From contig CM035353.1 of assembly GCA_020137815.1 (NCBI GenBank), positions 7,502,001-7,566,000 on the forward strand: a stretch of DNA of 64,000 nucleotides. Reading direction: 5' to 3'. This document shows, piece after piece, positions 13,464-26,277 of this stretch. This stretch comes from Hormiphora californensis. Its lineage: Eukaryota; Animalia; Ctenophora. Below the pieces are notes generated by a model. It had not been told where the DNA came from, did no database searches, and was given only the letters and a program-made list of their open reading frames with translations. Within the stretch, counting starts at the first letter, position 1; the number at the start of each line of letters is the position of its first letter. The position numbers were made by a program, and so were the translations under genes.

Positions 13464-13677
13464 ATATAAGAATTTCTACAAGCACGTTAATAACTTTGGA
13501 TGCTATTGCAGCCCCATTTTGTGCTCTCTATCCCATAACTGTCTCAAACTATCCGAAGACTCTTCCTAGCTGGCCAATTAGCTTCGAGCTCTCTTACTTT
13601 ACAGCCAATGAGGTTCGCTTACGTGTCATGCTCTCTCTGGTTCAAAGCCGTTGGGCGGGAAACTTGTGAAGTATTAA

Positions 13678-14148
<471 letters not shown>

Positions 14149-14193
14149 TTCTTAGGTGTTCTCAAGTTGTTACCGTAAGGTAACAACGACAAC

Positions 14194-14209
14194 GGTGCTT
14201 TTCAGCGCC
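14194..14209 (+). terminator. Histone 3' stem-loop (H3 copy 1)
   Basis: GGTGCTTTTCAGCGCC-ACCCA, AAAGAAA downstream. Confidence 0.88.
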
Positions 14210-15440
14210 ACCCAAATCAATTAAAGAAATTGTAATAGATGCATCGCATTGCAGAAATTTGTATTTCTAGAACGGCTTCAATGATTTATACTTTGACTCC
14301 TCTCTTCATTGAATTTATACACCGTATTACACTGTAATACTATAACAGTTCAGGTCCGTACACCATCCTATTCAATGGAAAAACTATTCAGTGAATATAC
14401 ATGCAAATAGTGTGGTTTAGGACCACGATTAAACATGGGGCTGAGTGTAAATAGAGTTTAGATTGTAAGGCAGGCTTGGATTATGAGAAATTGGGCGGGA
14501 GGTCGCAACAGGAGAAGTGAATGGGTATTTGTGCTAAGCACACTGTACCTTCAACACACAGGATATAAGTTTGGGTACTGCAGTTAATATAAGTTTGGGT
14601 ACTGTTCGTTTGTAAACATCGCCAGATGCACCCTGGTTGCACCCGCGAGGGAGTTGGCAGCACGTACAGGGTATAACACGGCGTCATACACATTTCTATT
14701 CGGAATTTCTATCTGGAATTTCTATTTGGAATTTCTATCTGGAAGAACCGCACGTGCAGATGCACCGCGGCTCAAATTCACGTGCGAGATTAAAGAGAGA
14801 GACGCCCATTAACGTTATCAGTTTGTCTCTGACTCTATCTGGAAAACGCACACGTGCAGATGCGCCGTGCCGCGGCTCAAATTCACGTGCGTGTTATACA
14901 GATTCTGACAAAATACGAGCAGGGAATTCCAGGTGGAAATGTGTATGACGGAATGTGTATGACGGAATGTGTATGACGGAATTACAGCGTGACGTGCCCA
15001 AACCCGCGAGGGAGCAATTCGTGTCGCGAATCCTTTGCATCTGTGCAGAAGTATCAAGTGTACTACATAAAATAATAAAAGCAGTCAAGGTGTTCTCCAA
15101 AACACTAAACAGGTATTAGCATTAGAGTGGATTACAAGGGTGCCTGTAGTAGAGAATACGGTATAGTATCAGAGCGCCAGATTGCCAACGGTGTGTGTCT
15201 TGTATTATAGTGCTAATCGTGCGTGGATTCAATGATTTCATTTGCTGTAGGCCAAATCCCTACGTTTGGCACACACACGCCAGTAAACCGTATTGGTCAG
15301 ATACTGTATAATTAAGATACCCACTACGAGCTGTTAGTACAGCTAGATTTTAAATGAATAAAATGGGACGATTGGATCGCACATTCTTTGGTTTTGGGTG
15401 GCTGAAAAGCCTTGCCTTTAAACACGCGGGGTTCTCCCGT

Positions 15441-15815
15441 TTACTTGGAGGTTGAAGAGGTGTACTTGGTCACAGCCTTGGTTCCTTCAGACACGGCGTG
15501 CTTGGCCAGCTCACCGGGCAAAAGCAGCCTCACGGCAGTCTGGACCTCTCTGGAGGAGATGGTCTTTCGCTTGTTGTAGTGTCCAAGTCGAGAAGCCTCT
15601 CCGGCGATCCTCTCAAAGATGTCGTTCACGAAAGAGTTCATGATGGACATGGCCTTGGAGCTGATTCCAGTGTCAGGGTGAACCTGCTTGAGGACCTTGT
15701 AGATGTAGATGGAGTAGGACTCCTTCCTCTTCTTCTTTCGCTTCTTGTCTCCTCCGACACGGCCGGCCTTCTTGCCTGCCTTCTTCTCGGCTTTCTTTCC
15801 AGAAACAGGGGGCAT
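15441..15815 (-). CDS. H2B: Histone H2B copy 2
   Basis: One V/I difference from copy 1 (DTGISS). Confidence 0.98.
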   Translation of the reverse strand: MPPVSGKKAEKKAGKKAGRVGGDKKRKKKRKESYSIYIYKVLKQVHPDTGISSKAMSIMNSFVNDIFERIAGEASRLGHYNKRKTISSREVQTAVRLLLPGELAKHAVSEGTKAVTKYTSSTSK

Positions 15816-16183
15816 CTTCAAGTTGCTTTGGGTAGTACAGCTGCAGTTAGTGAGTTATTCTGACCCCGAATCTTGCGGTATTTATACAAGGTCGGATTCT
15901 TTGAAGCTAGTGAGCCAATGAGAAGGCGCCCTTTGTAAGCAAGCCAGTAATAATGAGACGCTCCACTCTAATTGGATATCCTGTTGTCACGTGTCCAAAT
16001 TGGAGCATCCTTATTGGTTCTAGTTATGCAATTAGCGGTAGCCAATAGTGAAGCAGGGTTTTGAAATTTAGCTCTCTATTCTATCCGAAGTTAGCTCAGT
16101 AACAGTATATAGACTGGGGCTCTGAATGCAGAACTCAATTCCAATCTTGAACTCAGCAACGCAGTTTTCAACAACCCATCTGA

Positions 16184-16570
<387 letters not shown>

Positions 16571-16619
16571 ATCGTCTAACGAATTACCGCTCGTTTCTCT
16601 TCGGAGAAACTGGCACAAC

Positions 16620-16635
16620 GGTGCTTTTCAGCGCC
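16620..16635 (+). terminator. Histone 3' stem-loop (H2A copy 2)
   Basis: GGTGCTTTTCAGCGCC. Confidence 0.88.
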
Positions 16636-17595
16636 ACCCAAATCTAAAAAAGAAACTCTCAAATCTCTCCAACACCCCTCTCGCTATCCTCCATACGTTT
16701 CATTTCCCCAATGCGTCAATTGAGCTGCACTGCAAGGATCCCGAGCGGTAGTAAGGGGTTTACAGTTATATCTGCACGCCAAACGATGTTTGTGATATCT
16801 ACACCTGAGTAAAATCAAGGTCGCACGGCGACCGAGATCGATATCACATTATTCGCGGAGCGAAAATAGTAATGGATCCAAGCTCACACACAGATCTCAC
16901 ACAAAAAGGGTCATTGGTCAAACAAACACTTGAATAACAATTGTTGGATGAAATGCAGAGAGATAGTATTGAACTGTTGGTAACGAAGTTACCCCTCCCT
17001 TGCCGGCGTGCGAAGCGCGCCAAACGAAGGCCAGACAGAGTGTGAGATGTCTTCGATACCAAGTTGAACTGTGGTTCATGAGCGCCAGACTAGCCGGTGC
17101 CATGGCTCCGGCTAGTCTGTTGGCGTCCAAGTTTAGACAGAGAGCGTTGTTCGTTTTACACAAACTGTTATCATGCCATTTTATTGTGTTTCCAGTGATA
17201 TTTACAGTGATTTACACAAATCTCAAGCTCCAATTATAGACGTACACTTACGTCCAGTGCACGTCCCAATAGACCGGTGCAATTTGTTCGCATGTGGCAT
17301 GCGTCCATTTGAGCCAGCGGGGTCATATCAAATCCCCCAGTCCCCACCCTCTAAAACAGATTTATGGCGCAAGATAGAAGTCAGTAAGAAAAGTGACTGT
17401 CATCGAGACGGTGAGAGAAAAACCGACACGTTTTATTTAGAACCAATCTGTTTAGATGAGGTGAAAAGATCTCGATCGAAAGTAAGTAGGGTGGAGAGAG
17501 AGAAAATGAGAGGAAGGAAATGAGAGATAGATGGCGAATAAGTATTGCAATGTTTCATCGATAAGTAAATCGGGATTTCTTTAGTTGATTTAGGT

Positions 17596-17611
17596 GGCGC
17601 TGAAAAGCACC
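17596..17611 (-). terminator. Histone 3' stem-loop (H3 copy 2)
   Basis: GGTGCTTTTCAGCGCC on minus strand. Confidence 0.88.
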
Positions 17612-17656
17612 GTTGTCGTTGTTACCTTACGGTAACAACTTGAGAACACCTAAGAA

Positions 17657-18136
<480 letters not shown>

Positions 18137-18421
18137 TCACAAGTTTCCCGCCCAACGGCTTAGAACCAGTGAGAGCATGACACGTAAGCGAACCTCATTG
18201 GCTGTAAAATAAGAGAGCTCGAAGCTAATTGGCCAGCTAGGAAGAATCTTCGGATAGTTTGAGACAGTTATGGGATGGAGAGCACAATATGGGGCCGCAA
18301 TAGCATCCAAATTGTCATTAACGTGCTTGTAGAAATTCTTATATAAACAGAGAATTATTTCCACAAACCAACACATTTTCAACACCGAACAGTTTAACAC
18401 TTTCTGTACATCTTCTACTGA

Positions 18422-18736
<315 letters not shown>

Positions 18737-18780
18737 ATTCTCTGAATTCTCAGGTACTGGGTTTACCCAGTACCGCAAAA

Positions 18781-18796
18781 GGCTTTTTTCAAAGCC
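18781..18796 (+). terminator. Histone 3' stem-loop (H4 copy 3)
   Basis: GGCTTTTTTCAAAGCC, AAAGAAA downstream. Confidence 0.9.
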
Positions 18797-19004
18797 ACCT
18801 AAATATAAAAAGAAACCATGATATTAAGAATCAATCCCAATTATGTAGTCGATTTTTCACTTATTAACCCTTTTGGGATTTGCTTCCGAGTTACAAAATG
18901 AGAGAAGGGTCAGTGGGGACTGCAGCAGGGGAGAGAAGATTATGTCTGATCTGGAATCACCCTTTCTCTTACTAAACGTGTGTGTGTACTGGGTACTAGT
19001 GAAA

Positions 19005-19290
19005 CAAATTTTCTCGCTTAGAAATTGCAATTCGAGAAATTTTCTAAGCGAGAAAAAGTTCACTTTCAGGAATCGCAATTTCTGAGCGAGGAAAATTTCT
19101 CGAAATCGAATCGCAACTTGAAGTTGCGATTCAAGTATTTTCTTCGCTAAATAATTATGATTCGAGAAGTTTTCTCGCTTAGAAAATTTCTCGAACGCAA
19201 TTTTTTAGCGAGGAAAATTTCTCGAATCGCAATTCTAAGTGATGAAAATTTCTCGAATCGCAATTTCTAAGCGAGAAAATTTCTCTAATG
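19005..19290. repeat. Degenerate AT-rich repeat patch in both orientations
   Basis: GAAAATTTCTCGAATCGCAATT units, same family as 295-645. Confidence 0.75.
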
Positions 19291-20058
19291 CAATGGCAAT
19301 TTCTTACAAGCTGGCAATATTCTCTGGATCTGGGGCTGCTTGTCCTCTCGTCCTCTCCGTTCTCGGTGTGCAGTTCAATACCAAAGAGTGGTTACCACTC
19401 TGTCAATGCTGCATCCTGTCGTTGTTGGTCCTGTACGGGCTCACAAAACCCGGGGACAAAGAACTCAACGGGATCAGGAAGAGGGACCGTGGGGTTCAAT
19501 GGTTCATGTCAAGTCAGCGAGATGTCTGACCTTTCTCCTCGCTCCGCTCTGATCGAAGCACGCGATGCCTGACAGGCCAAGTGAGATTCGGTATTCAAGT
19601 ATCTGTCAAAGAATTGTCTCTGTCGTTGTCCTGTATGGCGTCGCCAATACCCCATTTGACAGTGCGCTCAGACGGGGTCGCGGCGCCAGACAGGCCCACT
19701 ATATCGTTATTATCATCACCCAACTCAATGGCGACTGTCAGACAGGCCATCTGCAAAGGGCTTAGAATCCAATTAATTGGCTAGACCCGCTCCAAGTCAG
19801 TTACTCAGTATTACTGCCATACTTTTAAGGGTGTACTATCTTGAATTTAAATTGTTTTAATTTGTGTCACAGGAGGAAAATAAAACCTTTACTCAACAAA
19901 AATAGACTTTAGCTACAACACATTCGGGCACATCGATATCATCTATATTTATATTGTCTTTTTCACCAGGCTACTATAATAACTACTACTATAATACTAT
20001 ACTAACTACTATAATATAACTACTTTCATAGTCCAAATCAGGTTTTTGCTGGTTTACT

Positions 20059-20871
20059 TTAGTCTGGTGTGGAGGTTGTTGTAGCATGTCGGGTTGGCAT
20101 AACATTAACAAGTATTGGCGGAGCTGTGTTATATTTGTTTGGTGCAAACTCAGCAATCTTCGTTATATCTCGAGCCATGTCTAACAGTTCCTTGATTTCA
20201 ACCATTGTTTTCCTCGCATATTTCACCTGTATTTCCTCCAACACCTTCCCAAACGCATCCTCCCTCTCCTTCTCTTCCCCAACATCATCCGCCAAGCTTT
20301 CCGCTGTCTTTTTAATTCTCAGATCTTCCATCGTTTCATCCATACCCTTGTGAAACTCATTGGATACCATCACGTTCTGTTTAGCCATATCTATAACATC
20401 CATCACCTCAAGATCGGCAACCATAAGATCGGGGTTCGCTAGATAGGTATTAAGGAACCAGTCTTCTCGGATGGCGGGGGTATAAGGAAGTAGGTGCAGG
20501 TCGTAATCATGGTTCAGGGTACACTGACGAGCAGTCGTTAAAGAATTAACGCAGCCACCTGTTATACCCTGCTGGAAATAGTCAAGTCCACAACTCCGTA
20601 CACGATTTGCATACACCGGCAACCCGATATCATCCCACAGTAGGCGTTGGACAGCTAATGCTATGTTAGTTTCACTTTCAATCGGGGGTAAGGTAAACTG
20701 AGGTATCGGGGGCTGTATGTACTCAGACTCCCCTAGACCTGGAAGTGGCTTTAAATAATAATCATCGGTATCGTCAGAGGTACGGGTATTATCGGGGCCC
20801 TTTTCTTGGTACACACTGTCAGCGACAGGAAGGTGGCAAGAAAAGAAAATTAACAAGAGAATCAACCGCAT
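20059..20871 (-). CDS. Intronless 270-aa protein of unknown function, probable signal peptide
   Basis: Longest ORF in window, ATG start, MRLILLLIFFSC hydrophobic N-terminus, non-repetitive composition. Confidence 0.65.
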   Translation of the reverse strand: MRLILLLIFFSCHLPVADSVYQEKGPDNTRTSDDTDDYYLKPLPGLGESEYIQPPIPQFTLPPIESETNIALAVQRLLWDDIGLPVYANRVRSCGLDYFQQGITGGCVNSLTTARQCTLNHDYDLHLLPYTPAIREDWFLNTYLANPDLMVADLEVMDVIDMAKQNVMVSNEFHKGMDETMEDLRIKKTAESLADDVGEEKEREDAFGKVLEEIQVKYARKTMVEIKELLDMARDITKIAEFAPNKYNTAPPILVNVMPTRHATTTSTPD

Positions 20872-21275
20872 CTTTTAGAAATGGAAAATAAACAAATAAC
20901 GTCTGACCCCTTTCTCACACAAGCATAGTTTCTTTAGCGTGCACTTAAAATCATTTTAGGTCGCCAGAGGAGAATGGAGTTATGTGGCTCTGTGAGGGTT
21001 TGGTAGATCAAAGATCGAGGTGAAAGGAGCAAATATAGTTCTCTCTCTCAGCTCATAGCTCTCCATCAGGTTGCCTAACTCAACCCCTTTTCGCGAGCCC
21101 CGCCCGCAGATAGAATCCTTTACAAATGTAAAGGGAGGGTTAGAACAAAACAAGTAACAACCATCAGGTAGACCTTATCCGGAACCTGAGAGACGAGAGT
21201 GCCCAAGCACAGTGGCTAATAACATAGTGTCCAAGCACGACCAGGTTTTCCGGCGAGCGGTGTTATACAAATGTA

Positions 21276-22051
21276 CAGGGTGTTCACGTGGGATCTTTAC
21301 AAGAGTTTGGCTTCACCCAGAAAAAGTTGACAAAATTAGCTTATGAAACTTCATACACGGTCGCTTGTAGTGGGAAAACGGTAATGGAAAACGAAGATAC
21401 AGTAAGACGACGCGCAACCGTGACCAATCAGGGCGCTAGTACGTGCTGACACACGAACTTTTTGCCGCGCGTTATGCACCGTGCACGTCTCCTTACTGTA
21501 TTTTGCGTTACCGTATTTTGACTGCAAGCAGCACTGAGACTTGGACTATTATATACCCTCATTCAACGTCAAGGTTCCTGGTGTTTCCGGAGCTCTAATA
21601 CCCTGGAAGTGTGTTTTTGGCATCAAAACTTCCAGAAGGAATTTTTTGCTGTGTGTGGATGTGTTTTATGAACTCAAAAGTTCGAAAAAAGTGCCTGGAA
21701 AGACTCTAAAATATCAATTTTTGCCGTTTTTGAGCTGCTTTTGGGGCCTTTCCAGCCAGTTTATTTGGAACTTGGTGACTGAACCACACATCCAATCATC
21801 ATGACACTTTTGAATTGATATGGAAAATACCCAAAAAAACATTCTAGCAAAGTCTCAGCACCAGCAAAAAATTCATACTGGTAGTTTTGATGCCAAAAAC
21901 ACACTTCCAGGGGCATCAGAGCTCCGGAAACACCAGGAACCTTGAATGAGGGTATAGAATAGTCCAAGTATGAAGTTTCATAAGCTAATTTTGTCAACTT
22001 TTTTCTGGGTGAAGCCCAACGCTCGTAAAGATCCCACATGAACACCGGCCT
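21276..22051. mobile_element. Tc1/mariner-type MITE
   Basis: TA-CAGGGTGTTC...GAACACC(GG)CCTG-TA, ~175-bp TIRs; left TIR interrupted. Confidence 0.75.
21356..21537. mobile_element. ~180-bp MITE nested in left TIR
   Basis: Missing from the mirror TIR; inverted copy at 56378-56540, fragment at ~39625. Confidence 0.8.
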
Positions 22052-22138
22052 GTATACAAAACAACGCAACCAAATTTTTTGAACATTTTATTTAAAATTG
22101 CGAATTTAAAAATATGTAGATGGATAAGAATAATTTAG

Positions 22139-25100
22139 TCATATCCCTCTTTTAAGGATTTCCGTGTACTCTCTCATCAGTGTATTACCCTCCTCGGTTA
22201 GTTTTCTCATTTCAGCCTGGTGTCTCTCTGTCTGCTCTATGTGCCGTTTGTTCTCCTCCCGCATTTTCTGGTAGACCCTTATCAGTTCCTGGGTGACGTG
22301 TTTGTCAGGTCGGGCTGGTCTCTTCACAGCTGTACTCGATATGGTGCTGCTGCTGCTGGTGGTGGTGGGATTCATTTCTACTTTGGATGTGTTGCTATCC
22401 GTGGTACCGATATTGGCGTGCAGAATTGCGTAGTAACTTGGCTCCGGGAGTACACCTCCTTTCTGCATTGTTCTCAGATACTCGTTTTTAACCTTTGCCA
22501 CCTTATCTGTCACTGCCTTCCCAGTCAAGTTTAGCCCATAGTCCTCGTTCATTTTCAGAGCGATTAGCCTGTAGGGTAACACGCTGGTAATGGTATGACA
22601 TAATTTAAAACTCATTTGCAGCTATAAAACGCACGCATGTAGGGGAAGGGGGGCAGGGTACGCCATGGTCATTGGCCATAGTACTTTTCAGGTAATGGTC
22701 CCAGTACTTTTCATGATTAGACAAAAACTATGACTTTTTGGCCTAAAAACCGAAAAATGTTCCAAGCTTCGCTATCGCTTCGCCCGCGCCCAATCTATTC
22801 AAATTTGCAAATGAAAAGTTTCAAAACTTCCCCTACAGCTGTATGCCAGATAAAACAGCTAATAATCCCATATATTACCGGTTGATATGAGACTGGTTCC
22901 CGTTTGCTTCCCGTTCTGTCTCAAAGGTATCTCCGTAGTAGAGCTCACAAAGCTTCTTAGTGGCTACTTCTGGCCACTGGTACCTAGTTCCCCTGAAACA
23001 CGCGTGCAGTGAGAGGAATCATTGGAATGAATCTTAACCTGCTGGAATCCAAACACTTGTACTACTGGGCAATTTCTGATTTGCCGCATACGGCGTCTAG
23101 ACGGCGTCGCAACGCCGTCTAAACGGCGTCTAGACGGTATACCGTCTGGACGGGTTTCGGTGAAATCAGCTAAAAACGGTACCGAAATTGCTTGCGACGG
23201 GTTATAGACGGTATCAGACGGTCTCTAGACGGGTTATAGACGGTATCAGACGGTGTTGCGACGGTATCAGACGGTCTCTAGACGGTGTCTAGACGGTACC
23301 GTCCCGGCGTCTGGACGGCGTCTGGACGGTGTCTAGACGGTATCCGTCCGAAGTTGAGACGGCACGTCTGAAAATTGTACCAGACGTTGAGACGGACTTT
23401 TAGAACTCCGTCTGTATTTCAGACGGAGTTTTAAAAGTACGTCTCAACGCAGTCTAAAGGAAAATCGATGAAAGTACCGTCTAGACAACGTCTCAACTGA
23501 AACCGGTCAACATACCGTCTAAACAACGTCTAGACAACGTCTAAACAGAATCTCGCGATTCAGTTTCAAATACCGTCTAGACAACTTCTCCAGCAATTTC
23601 GATAAGAATACCGTCTAAACAACGTCTAGACAACGTCTCAAATAATGATGTCTAGACTCGACCGTTTTCGAAGACCATTCTGGATTACCCATGCCAGTTG
23701 GAATTAGTGGTAGATGTGTGCCTATTGAATGAAAATTACACATGTGTTTAACCCAGCGGGGGGAACTCAGGTTCTTCGTGCCAGCTGAGTTCTTCGAGCT
23801 CAGTCCCGTTGCCGTGGACCTGGTTGGCTGATGGTCCAGTGATTACGGTCAAATCACACCGGCTCTCTCCCCAATCTTGGGGAGTAAACTTTGCCAGAGA
23901 CCTTGCCGAACTCAACTATGGCACCGAGCTCTTGCAGTGCGGCTGGTCCCTGCTGGGATTTGGTTCGGCGGTCGATTGATGAGCGGTTGGTTGACGATTG
24001 ATATCAGTCGTTGATCGATCGTTTGTCGGTCGGTCGTCGGGCTGAGTCTTAGTGAGGATCCCGGTTGAGCTGATAATCTCACCCCAGCCAGTAACCTTGT
24101 TACACATGGCAACCCATGATTTGTAATCACCGAGGGCCTCTGCCTACTAGGCATGCCTGATGACCCTTCGGCTGTCTCCCATTTAATTATGGGGGTAAAT
24201 TCTACGCCAGAGAACTAGCCTCCCTCAATTATGGCAACCCATGATTTGTAATCACCCGGCAGCTGTAGCCTTTAAAACAGCCCTCCTGTCCAACATCCCA
24301 TATTGGTCGGACGGAGGTTACCTTCTCTCGCAAAAATAGGGGTTATTCCCCTGGGGAACCTCTGCCCAAATTTTTGCCACATACTACCTTTGCAATATAT
24401 CTAGAACAATCCTCCTCACTAACAAACAGATCAAGCAACACACTTGATTTGGTAAAATTCTCCAAACTAATAGCCAAAAGTAACCTATTCGATTAAACCA
24501 TCCCCAACCATCCCGACCTGAAAGAAGTAGCAAACCACAGGGCAAGAATCGCTACGGCCGGGGAATTCCAACAAAACCACATCATAAGGGACCCACGATT
24601 AAGGTAGGGCAGGTCTGGGCCATAACAAAGGGCCACCTCCGCCGTATGGCAAGTAATTACCCCGCAATAGTGCAACCCCTGGGAGCTGATAATTTGCCAA
24701 ATGCTCACCAGAAGTTTACATAAGCGTTTTTCATGCTTATCTGTGCTTGCTAAGAAATTAGCTGTCCGGACCCCCAGGTTGCATGCTGATAAGTACTGCT
24801 AGCGGTTTTGACCAAAGACCTGAGGTGTGATAAGATATTTCAGCCGTCACCGATTAGATGGTGAACCCACGGTATTGTCATATTCGGCAACCCACCTACC
24901 TCTACAGCTCCCTGGAGCAGTAGTAACCAAAGACCAGTCTGTGAGACAGGTAAATTCCATCCATTGTCCTGACAATATAGGTATGTCAGTCTAATATTAG
25001 ATTCACTGTATCAAATACTCTTCTTGTGATGCCGGCGAAGGTTCGAGGGAAATGTTGAGCTTGCTCGACAAAATACCAGGACCCAAACCGGAACAACATC

Positions 25101-26277
25101 AACATTATCCCTACGTGTGGGGGACGGTGGCGAAGAGTGATATTAATATAGGTTGTCTGCCGACCATTGTGGGGCAGTAAAGTGGGAGGAATGACGGGCG
25201 GTGCAAAACACACACACACACACACATGTGTTTAACCAGCACAGTCGTACCGCGATGCTCGGGGACGGGAAAGGGGTTATCCTCCCGGTAATTTTCGTAC
25301 CCAACTTCAAATAAATCGAGGTCCAACTGTACATCATTTTCATTATCAAAAAGGCACACATTCATTGTAATACAACTGTGAGATACTGTCTATGGCTGAT
25401 ACTATCAGTGATAGATAGTGTCGGTTATGAGACGTTGTTTAGACGGTATCTGTATCGGATTCGCTTAAGACGTTGTCTAGACGTTGTTTAGACGGTATTC
25501 GTATCGAAATTGCTGGAGAAGTTGTCTAGACGGTATTTGAAACTGAATCGCGAGATTCTGTTTAGACGTTGTCTAGACGTTGTTTAGACGGTATGTTGAC
25601 CGGTTTCAGTTGAGACGTTGTCTAGACGGTACTTTCATCGATTTTCCTTTAGACTGCGTTGAGACGTACTTTTAAAACTCCGTCTGAAATACAGACGGAG
25701 TTCTAAAAGTCCGTCTCAACGTCTGGTACAATTTTCAGACGTGCCGTCTCAACTTCGGACGGATACCGTCTAGACACCGTCCAGACGCCGTCCAGACGCC
25801 GGGACGGTACCGTCTAGACACCGTCTAGAGACCGTCTGATACCGTCGCAACACCGTCTGATACCGTCTATAACCCGTCTAGATACCGTCTGATACCGTCT
25901 ATAACCCGTCTCAAGCAATTTCGGTACCGTTTTTAGCTGATTTCACCGAAACCCGTCCAGACGGTATACCGTCTAGACGCCGTCTAGACGGCGTTGCGAC
26001 GCCGTCTAGACGCCGTATGCGGCAAATCAGAAATTGCCGTACTACTGAATCTTATAACCACTATAACAGACATAATCCTGAAGCCCGCATCCCCCCTATC
26101 TTGAATGATTCAGTGAATCCCCCCCCCCCCCCCCCCAATACCGAATCTCCTCATTATATAATCCTCATTATATCCTGAATCCTCTCAAATGAATCCTTAC
26201 CGTTTCTGGGGTGGTGGGGCTGTGATAGAAATCTCAACAGGTTCGTTAACTACATCCAATATCTCTCCCTTCATCAT
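22139..26277 (-). CDS. Myb/SANT-like (trihelix, Harbinger ORF1/MSANTD-type) protein, 3 exons, ~206 aa
   Basis: Exons 26277-26201, 22992-22879, 22568-22139 with GT-AG and matching phases; YQWPEVATKKLCELY...LIALKMNEDYGLNLTGKAVTDKVAKVKNEY...YYAILHANIG, C-terminal coiled coil. Confidence 0.75.
23068..26038. mobile_element. MULE/foldback-like non-autonomous transposon in intron 1 of Myb/SANT gene
   Basis: ~570-bp TIRs built of TAGACGG/CCGTCTA repeats; perfect 9-bp TSD GTACTACTG (23059-67, 26039-47). Confidence 0.92.
23754..25221 (+). mobile_element. Retroposon-like insert with highly structured 5' region and (CA)n tail
   Basis: 16-bp flanking direct repeat ACACATGTGTTTAACC (23738-53, 25222-37); CA tail; no recognisable RT ORF. 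Confidence 0.7.

Noticed and set aside
19968-20025. Spliced-leader RNA gene
   Set aside because: Low-complexity CTA/ATA run with no donor or Sm site; no tRNA, rRNA or U7 gene recognised in the window
24155-24180. Hammerhead ribozyme core (CTGATGA)
   Set aside because: No GAAA after a stem II
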